Assembly (NCBI GenBank): GCA_048886185.1
Contig: JBHLKY010000008.1
Location: 1 to 32,000 of the forward strand
Source of the DNA: Candidatus Hermodarchaeota archaeon
GTDB lineage: Archaea > Asgardarchaeota > Heimdallarchaeia > Hodarchaeales > Hodarchaeaceae
Direction of reading: 5' to 3'
DNA: 32,000 nucleotides
Below are positions 9,759 through 16,724 of the stretch, piece by piece. Below the pieces are notes generated by a model, which saw nothing but the letters and a program-made list of their open reading frames with translations, made no database searches and was not told where the DNA came from. The translations under genes were made by a program, and so were the position numbers. Within the stretch, counting starts at the first letter, position 1; each line of letters starts with the position of its first letter.

Positions 9759-10358
9759 TTATTGCTTAATATAACTAGCAACTTCTTTGTACCTAAAAGG
9801 ATCTTTACCCTCTTTACCTACAACTTGGAAAAATTTGAACTGTGCAAGACCCTTCATATCAATCATAGCTGGATCAACCACAAGTGCAACAGAAAGATCA
9901 TTATGAAGCTGAAACGAATAAATATGGGTATTAATATCTGTTTGAGACAAAAATAATCCGTATCCAGGATGAGAATGCCACCATCCAAGGCAATGATTAT
10001 CATTTTCTAATATTTCTTCAAAAGCATCAAAATCATTATCAGAAAAAGAAACAGACACTTCATCACCTTCAGATACAAAAAGGATTTTAGATATTATCAG
10101 TTCATTGGTACGCTGCTGCTTTCCGCCTAGTAAGCCAATGGCCTCCCTAGGTTTGGATTTTATTGAATATTCAGTCATTTCACGTAGTAAATGTTTTGAG
10201 ATAGTTACTGATTGAACCTTAGCAACTAATGAGACGAGCTCGCCTTTGGATGTATCTGGTTTCTTAAGAATCACCTCGGATGCTGGTTTAAATATGACTT
10301 CTGTCTTTTTTTTGGAATTCTCTCCCTTTAAATCCTTTTGTTTCTCTTTTCCAGACAT
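9759..10358 (-). CDS. JAB1/MPN (JAMM) metalloprotease, Rpn11/CSN5/BRCC36-like Ubl isopeptidase
   Basis: REAIGLL...GWWHSHPGYGLFLSQTD = intact E...HxHx7Sx2D motif; VALVVDP. Confidence 0.93.
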   Translation of the reverse strand: MSGKEKQKDLKGENSKKKTEVIFKPASEVILKKPDTSKGELVSLVAKVQSVTISKHLLREMTEYSIKSKPREAIGLLGGKQQRTNELIISKILFVSEGDEVSVSFSDNDFDAFEEILENDNHCLGWWHSHPGYGLFLSQTDINTHIYSFQLHNDLSVALVVDPAMIDMKGLAQFKFFQVVGKEGKDPFRYKEVASYIKQ

Positions 10359-10390
10359 ATATCATTCACAATGCCTATGGTAAGGAATGT

Positions 10391-10933
10391 TCATTGGGCA
10401 TGTCTTTTAGTCCATTCCTCAGCGATTTCCCAAAATCGATCAAAATCCTTTTTCATAATTTCTCCAGCTTCAGGATTAAAAGGATCATTTGGATCAACAA
10501 GATATTCAGGAAAATCAGCATCCCCAGTTGCCCGATAAACATCTAGCATCATTTCGATATGTTCAAAAACACTAGGAAGAGTGATTGTTTCTTTCCATCC
10601 ACCTAGTTTTCCAAGATTATTCCAATTAACTAGACTAAGGCAGACATTAGAGCCCCATTTCCATTGTGTATTACCAGTTGCAATGTTAGGATGATAAATA
10701 GGAGTTAAAAAGTTAACAATAGGAGGTTTGAAGGGATACTCAGGAGGTAAGTCAACTGTGATCTCCCATCTACCCCCGTTATAAGGAGAATCCGCTTTTC
10801 CCTTAATTGTCGCCTTATAATGATGTAAGTCATTATTAACAATTAACCATTTAATATGGCTTGTTTTTGGTGGGTAAGTTTTCAACATTCGCTTGAACTC
10901 TTCTCTTAATCTTCTAGAGTGTAAATCCTGCAC
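10391..10933 (-). CDS. Ubiquitin-conjugating enzyme E2 (UBC fold, active)
   Basis: RRLREEF, SPYNGG, LPPEYPFKPP.V.FLTPIYHPNI, catalytic NVCL, DPFNPEAG...EWT. Confidence 0.95.
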   Translation of the reverse strand: MQDLHSRRLREEFKRMLKTYPPKTSHIKWLIVNNDLHHYKATIKGKADSPYNGGRWEITVDLPPEYPFKPPIVNFLTPIYHPNIATGNTQWKWGSNVCLSLVNWNNLGKLGGWKETITLPSVFEHIEMMLDVYRATGDADFPEYLVDPNDPFNPEAGEIMKKDFDRFWEIAEEWTKRHAQ

Positions 10934-11153
10934 GATGGTATCATCCTTCCAAGTTTATTGACTTGATACCCATGGTAATTTATATTCAATATCATTAAGG
11001 GCTAAAGATAATTAATAATTTTTTTACAAGTTACAAATATTTAAAGCTGTGGTATAGAAGCTTTTATGTGTGATAGAATAAGTTACTTTTTTAAGGACAA
11101 GAGGCTGACTATTCTTGCACAGAAATACCTCACATATTGGGTGATCAAGAAAA
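10934..11153. promoter_or_regulatory. Divergent intergenic promoter region between the E2-JAMM-CCDC47-like and UEV-Ubl-E1 transcription units
   Basis: 220-nt AT-rich gap between head-to-head genes with several TATA-like tracts; exact TATA/BRE not resolvable by eye. Confidence 0.5.
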
Positions 11154-11945
11154 ATGGAAGATATCCAAACTGATGTTTCTCAATGTAGTGGTTGTGGAGC
11201 TCCCCTTCCTATAAGACCAACATTCCAACATCCTGTAAAATGTGAATACTGTGATCTTTCAAATTACTTGAAAAGAGCTGCTGTTACACCGACAGAAGCG
11301 AAAATGATGGACGCAGAGGAGGAAGCTGAAAATTACTATCTTATTTACCAAGAATCACAAAAAATTCTAGAGAATTTTCCTGGAGAATTTGTTGGTGATG
11401 AAGTAAGTAAAATTAGAATAAAAATGCAGATTCATGAATTTGCTTTGCCTCTTTTACTCGTGTTGGACGATTTACCTGATCGACCCTATATAGATGGCCC
11501 TGCAAAACTTAGGGAAATTTTAGATTGTGAACTTAATGATTTAAAAAGTATGAAAACTTGGATCCCTGGCTCTAGTTCAGTTTTGGATGTTTTGGAAGAA
11601 ATATATCAAAGAGCAGATAAAAGGCTCCCTGAAGCTATGGGAGAACCGGTTGCTCTCTCTGATACCAGTTCTGTTCTTCAAGAAGAACGTGATCCTCTTA
11701 TACGTCAAATTCTCGCGAATTATGACGCATCAGCGGCTAAAAAAGAAATAACTGTAAGATTTTATGCTCAAGATGGTGAGGTAATCAATTTTATTATCAA
11801 AAGAAAGAAGAATTTACCCATAGGTCTTGAAAGTGATATTCTAACAAAATATCCACTAATCAGGGGTCCGTTAGAAGATTATGCAAAAGGGAGGATAGAT
11901 ATTCTAACTACACTTTCGGAAATAGAACGAATGTTTTACTCTTAA
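11154..11945 (+). CDS. Zn-ribbon protein with probable inactive UBC-fold (UEV/RWD/BRE-like) domain(s)
   Basis: CSGC...CEYC ribbon; middle region LLLVLDDLPDRPYID...LKSMKTWIPGSSSVLDVLEEI follows the UBC pattern but lacks HPN and a correctly placed Cys; GGTGA SD at 11140-11144. Confidence 0.55.
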   Translation: MEDIQTDVSQCSGCGAPLPIRPTFQHPVKCEYCDLSNYLKRAAVTPTEAKMMDAEEEAENYYLIYQESQKILENFPGEFVGDEVSKIRIKMQIHEFALPLLLVLDDLPDRPYIDGPAKLREILDCELNDLKSMKTWIPGSSSVLDVLEEIYQRADKRLPEAMGEPVALSDTSSVLQEERDPLIRQILANYDASAAKKEITVRFYAQDGEVINFIIKRKKNLPIGLESDILTKYPLIRGPLEDYAKGRIDILTTLSEIERMFYS

Positions 11946-11967
11946 GATAGAAATTTAGGTGAAAAAT

Positions 11968-12288
11968 ATGAGCAAAAAGGATGTTATTTGGGATTCTGAT
12001 AGAAGAAAACCCTCTACTGATGACAGCATTGAAAAGATGATTAAAGTGCGCTTTAAAGACCCACAACTTCCTCCAGATCAAAATATCCGTGAAAAATACA
12101 TTAATATTAATGGAACAGTCTTCCAGGCAATTACTGCGGCCCGTGATGCCTTTAATATTCCTGAAGTTGTGCCAATCGCTCTTTTATTCAAAGGAAGAAG
12201 AATGAACCCTTCAAATAATCTTTCCTCCTATGGAATTGAGCAAAATGCAATTCTAATGATCGTTCCAGACCAAATTAAGGGAGGATAA
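11968..12288 (+). CDS. Ubiquitin-like (beta-grasp) modifier with terminal di-Gly and UFM1-like features
   Basis: Ends ...IVPDQIKGG-stop; LLFKGRRMNPSNNLSSYGI resembles the ubiquitin core; KVRFK-DPQLP, AF.IP, NP and IVPD resemble UFM1; ATG at 11968 follows AGGTGA. Confidence 0.88.
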   Translation: MSKKDVIWDSDRRKPSTDDSIEKMIKVRFKDPQLPPDQNIREKYININGTVFQAITAARDAFNIPEVVPIALLFKGRRMNPSNNLSSYGIEQNAILMIVPDQIKGG

Positions 12289-12336
12289 TCCTCTCACAAA
12301 AAAGTTTCAAAGATTTCATAAAGGAATATTTCATGT

Positions 12337-13569
12337 ATGACACAAAATCTCCCTTTTTCTTCTAAATATGACAGGCAGGAACGACTAGACCTTTGGGATC
12401 AACAAATTATTGAGAAAAGTGTTATATTACTTGCGGGAGTCGGAGGAACTGGTAGTGAGCTAGCCAAAAACTTGGCTTTGTTAGGAGTTGGTACTTTAAT
12501 TCTTGTTGATGATGACACAATCGAGTTTTCAAATTTAAATCGCCAAATGTTATTCAAAGAGGAAGATGTGGAGCAAAAGAAAGCAGAGATTGCTAAAAAA
12601 AGGATTCAAGAACAATTTAATCCTGATATCATAATTGAGTCTTACTCAAAAAAATTGCAAAACATTCCCCAAAAGATTTATCAGAAGGTAGATATCATTG
12701 CTGGTTGTGTAGATAACTTTCTAGCACGACAATATCTCAATGCGATGGCAATTGAATTGAATATCCCTCTAGTGGATTCAGCTACGGATGGATATTTTGG
12801 TCAAATTCAGTATATAAAACCAAGGATAACGGCATGCCTGGCTTGTGAAACACCCCCGCCACCAGATGAAACTCGAGTTTTAACGGCCCCATGTACTTTG
12901 GTTGGTGTACCTCGTATGAGAGAACACTGTGCTTGGAAAGCTCTGTATGAATTTAACACAATCCACAAACGACAACCTGTAGAAGCATCACCAGAGGATA
13001 TTGCTGAGCTCACAAGAATCGCAAATCAGTTTACTAAAGAGTATAATTTTGGGCGTTTTGAAGAAAAAGAGCTGTCTCAGCTAGTTCTTTTTCATGTGCC
13101 TAGTCTGATCACTGTTAACGCAGTAACAAGTGGGATACAGTCTCAAGAGATAGTCAAATCTCTATTTCTTGAGAAAAAAACAATTATGAAAAAGTCAGAA
13201 CAGAAAACTTTAGAAAATCTGTTGAAAGAACATAGATTTCGCATTCCTCCATTTTCTATTTATTCAGCTTTAACAGGAACGATAAATACATTTGATCTGG
13301 TTCCTGATCCAGATTGTTTAGTATGTGGAAAGTCTAATTCTGTGATCAATGTAATAAAAACATTAACAGTGGATCCTAAATTATCTTTTGCATCTGTACT
13401 TAATCTTATTGGCCAAGAGAACAACAAAGATTACGCAGGATTCCGAGGAAATTTCCTTCTTCCTGAAGATGAAGTTATTCAAAATCTTCTTTCAGATGGA
13501 GACCGAATAACACTTAGTTCCATAACTGATAGCGAGGAAATCCGTGTACAAATCAAATACAAGAATTAG
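12337..13569 (+). CDS. Ubl-activating enzyme E1 of eukaryotic (UBA3/UBA2-like) architecture
   Basis: YDRQ, GVGGTG, DDDTIEFSNLNRQ, CVDN..AR, Zn pair CLAC/CLVC, catalytic-Cys domain APCTLVGVPRMREHC, VPSLITVNAV, C-terminal UFD-like region. Confidence 0.93.
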   Translation: MTQNLPFSSKYDRQERLDLWDQQIIEKSVILLAGVGGTGSELAKNLALLGVGTLILVDDDTIEFSNLNRQMLFKEEDVEQKKAEIAKKRIQEQFNPDIIIESYSKKLQNIPQKIYQKVDIIAGCVDNFLARQYLNAMAIELNIPLVDSATDGYFGQIQYIKPRITACLACETPPPPDETRVLTAPCTLVGVPRMREHCAWKALYEFNTIHKRQPVEASPEDIAELTRIANQFTKEYNFGRFEEKELSQLVLFHVPSLITVNAVTSGIQSQEIVKSLFLEKKTIMKKSEQKTLENLLKEHRFRIPPFSIYSALTGTINTFDLVPDPDCLVCGKSNSVINVIKTLTVDPKLSFASVLNLIGQENNKDYAGFRGNFLLPEDEVIQNLLSDGDRITLSSITDSEEIRVQIKYKN

Positions 13570-13584
13570 AATAAGAAAGGTTTT

Positions 13585-13899
13585 TCACTCTTTATAGAAT
13601 AAACGTATCTTGTTTCTTCTTTTGGGGATAATTGGTTCGATTTTTGGATTGAGATAAGGTTCTTTGAACCCCAGATCTGGGATTTTATCATAAGTCAACT
13701 TCTCATAAATTTTTCTTGTTATTTGATCCCGTGTTTTTTGTGTTGTTACTGGTTTCTTGTAGAATTTTCGAGCAACTCGTGGACGATGTTGAGGAATAGT
13801 CATACGTTTTCCACATTTGGGACAATACCAACTTCCAGAGACAGGAAGATCTCGTGGAATATAACCGCAATTCGTACATTTAAATGTACTCTGAGACAA
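13585..13899 (-). CDS. Small basic Zn-ribbon protein
   Basis: CTNC...CPKC followed by a Lys/Arg-rich tail. Confidence 0.65.
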   Translation of the reverse strand: MSQSTFKCTNCGYIPRDLPVSGSWYCPKCGKRMTIPQHRPRVARKFYKKPVTTQKTRDQITRKIYEKLTYDKIPDLGFKEPYLNPKIEPIIPKRRNKIRLFYKE

Positions 13900-14033
13900 A
13901 ATATTCTTTCCTCAAGATTTACTCGTTGATTTTCTATTCTTTAAAAGAGTAAAAATTTTTTAATTAAACATTTCTTATTTTCGATAAGAGGATTAATATT
14001 TCTGAATAATTATACTTATATTAAGAATTCTGA

Positions 14034-15797
14034 GTGAGACTAATGTTTGGGAGAAAGAGACAACAATGGTTCATGAAGGCTCAAACAGCTACTGAGCCCA
14101 TTGATTTGCGTGAGATAGCTCCAAAAGATATCCTAGAGGATGTTGCTTCATATTTAAGGATGAAAATTGGTTCTGAAGAACTTAATGGTTTTGTTAGTTT
14201 CGATGACGAGAAATTCATCCCTACTATATACCTCCAACAGTTACTGTCCCGTGAATTGGCAGAAAAAGGATTTATCGATATTTGTAGCATTATTGACACA
14301 ACTAATCTACCAGGTGAGTTATTAGAGGCTCAAATCAAGGTAAACGTTCAAGATATCGATGGTTTCTTTGATGTCATACATAGGAAATTTTTTTCTATAC
14401 AAGGAGCTAGGAATGAAATTAAACAGACTTTAGGTGCTACAACCGTATTAGACTTAAAATTTCTCCTGAATAAGCTTTTCTGGACAGAGGAACACCTAGA
14501 AGGCATTTTGGATCTTTTGGCTCAAAATAATCAATTTGTTGGGTATATTGATCCGATAAAACAACGAATATACAATTTTACTCCTTTAATCTTCTCCTCT
14601 CCATCTGACTTTCAAAGAAATATCAAGTATCTCAAACGTTTCATCAATACAAGCTTTCAAATGGAGTCACAAGTATCTTTAAAGCATATTAGCAAATTAA
14701 CAAGGCAATCCGAAGAAAAATGTCTTGAATTTCTGGAAAAAAATCGAGATAATATCAATTTTATATTTTCCACTAATTTTGATTACCTTTATCCATCAAT
14801 GGATATTATAAACCAGATTTTAAAGGATATATTCGTTTATCGTGATATTCCTATTAAATTCTGGCTTCAACGTCTTGATGTAGACAGAGGTGACCTTCTT
14901 AAAATAATTAAAATTCTAAATCAAAGTTTAAAGGGAACCTTATCATCAGAAGAGTTTATCGCTCCATCTTTGGAAGAATGGTTTGAAAATGGTATTGATA
15001 TAGAAAATTTAGCTACAGCACTGAATTTAGATCCATTAAACCTACTGAATCAAATTTATAAACTGGCAAAACTCCTTGGTTTAAGCATTATTGCTGGGGA
15101 AAGTTCTGATCCCTTTCTAGTTAAAGGAGTAAAACAATTTGAAATATTTTGCCAAGTAGACACCTCTTCTTACTCTAATCCTCATCTTTACTTCGAGTGT
15201 CAAAACTGTAGGCGAATCATGTGCTCAAATTGCCGTTCCGCAGGAAGTAAACATGAATGTCCGTTTTGTCGAAACATCTCTGCATTTATTATAGATCTAC
15301 CTAGACATTGTCTGTACTGTCACGTTAACTATACACATTCATATAACTTAATTGACACAGAGGAGTGCTATTTTTGCAAAAGAGGCCCTTTAAAAACAGG
15401 ATGGATCGAATTTGTACCTGATTCATCTGAAGCCTCTAAAATAACCCCAGTTTTATCAAAATTTCTCAAACAGACTGTTGAACCTGATATTCCGCTCCAA
15501 AAAATTATCTCTTTATTAAAAGGCTCAGATAGTGAAACGATTTCATTATTGGAAAGTTATATCCTACATGGAACCATACAAGGGAGGATAAGTATCCAAG
15601 ATATGTCCTTACAATTAACCACACAAGAAGAGAAATTTACTTGTGGTATTTGTGAACTATCCTTTGACGAATCTATGAGATATTCATGCTCTTCATGTAA
15701 CACAAAAGTATGTATGGGGTGTTTCAAGGAAATGAGCAGTGTGGGAATGATCTTTTGTCCTGAATGTGGCGAAAATCTTGAAAAAGAGATTCAATAG
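14034..15797 (+). CDS. Putative E3 ligase: tandem winged-helix (UFL1/PCI-like) repeats plus RING-like and C4C4 RING domains
   Basis: C-terminal C-x2-C-x11-C-x2-C-x4-C-x2-C-x11-C-x2-C (15642-15767); second RING-like C-x2-D-x12-C-x2-C-x4-C-x2-C-x8-C-x2-C (15150-15269); CLYC/CYFC ribbon; N-terminal repeats similar to remembered UFL1. Start may be ATG at 14043. Confidence 0.7.
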   Translation: [587 protein letters not shown]

Positions 15798-15823
15798 ATA
15801 ATTTAGTATAAAAAGGGTCAGAT

Positions 15824-16714
15824 TTATACCTGTTGAGCCCTAAATTTTGCCAACTTCTTTGAATACTTATCCGTAAGTTCTTTGTACTTTTCCTCGTTAA
15901 GTTTACCACTTAGAAACATTTCATCAGCTTGTTCAAGCATTTGTTCATATTTCTTAATTTTCTCTGTAATATTGTCTAAATCCTTTCTTTCTTCAGCTAA
16001 TTCTTTTTGTTGGTCCAAAACTTGTTTCTCAATCTCATATGCTAACAAAGCCTGATATTCATCAGGAACCTTAAAACCCCCGATATCCAACCCAACCAAT
16101 TCCAAACCCCAACGAGATGTCTCAGGACCGAGTTCAGATCGAGTTTGAATTTCCAAACTTCTACGCTCTTTAAGCAGCTCTGGTACTGAATAGCGTGACA
16201 TTACATGTTTCACTGCAGCAATGATTGTCTGTTTAACCCAATTCTTTAATTCATCTCCAGAATAATATTGTTTATGGGAAACAATGTTCATAATGAAATT
16301 ACGAGGATTGACAACTCTCATACGAGAAATACCATAACAACCCACCATGATGTTGTCTGATGTATAAACTCCAGGTGTTCCCCATTTGATGATGAATTCA
16401 CGCTTTGTTACCCAGATAATCTCACTTCCAGGCCGTTTAGCACTTTTGTCAAGTTCATAGATCCCACTCCCTGCGACCCCTACTAATGATCCTGATTGCA
16501 ATAATATTGCATTTTCAGGGTCTTTAACAATGAATCCATCATATTTCCGAAAACTATCATGATCTTCAGATTTTAATCTACTAATTAATGAACTTTTTGT
16601 TTCTGGGCCAAAATTCGAACTCAGAATTACTTTTCCTTTAAATTTTTTTGTACCAATGTGCATAGCATCGCCTATTCGGCGAAATAATCCACCAAATTTC
16701 TCTACTTCAGCCAT
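15824..16714 (-). CDS. SPFH (band 7) domain protein with C-terminal coiled coil
   Basis: FIV..PENAILL..G, YG..RMRVVNP..F, WGLELVGLDIGGFKVP; charged helical tail; no TM segment seen; GGTGA SD. Confidence 0.75.
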   Translation of the reverse strand: MAEVEKFGGLFRRIGDAMHIGTKKFKGKVILSSNFGPETKSSLISRLKSEDHDSFRKYDGFIVKDPENAILLQSGSLVGVAGSGIYELDKSAKRPGSEIIWVTKREFIIKWGTPGVYTSDNIMVGCYGISRMRVVNPRNFIMNIVSHKQYYSGDELKNWVKQTIIAAVKHVMSRYSVPELLKERRSLEIQTRSELGPETSRWGLELVGLDIGGFKVPDEYQALLAYEIEKQVLDQQKELAEERKDLDNITEKIKKYEQMLEQADEMFLSGKLNEEKYKELTDKYSKKLAKFRAQQV

Positions 16715-16724
16715 TATTTTTCAC

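Noticed and set aside
10391-10933. E2 as a UFC1 ortholog
   Set aside because: It has the canonical HPN motif and UBC signatures rather than the TAK motif and N-terminal helix of UFC1.
12337-13569. E1 as a sulfur-transfer MoeB/ThiF enzyme
   Set aside because: It has a eukaryote-type catalytic-Cys domain and UFD-sized C-terminus, no rhodanese domain, and sits with E2/JAMM/RING genes rather than cofactor-biosynthesis genes.
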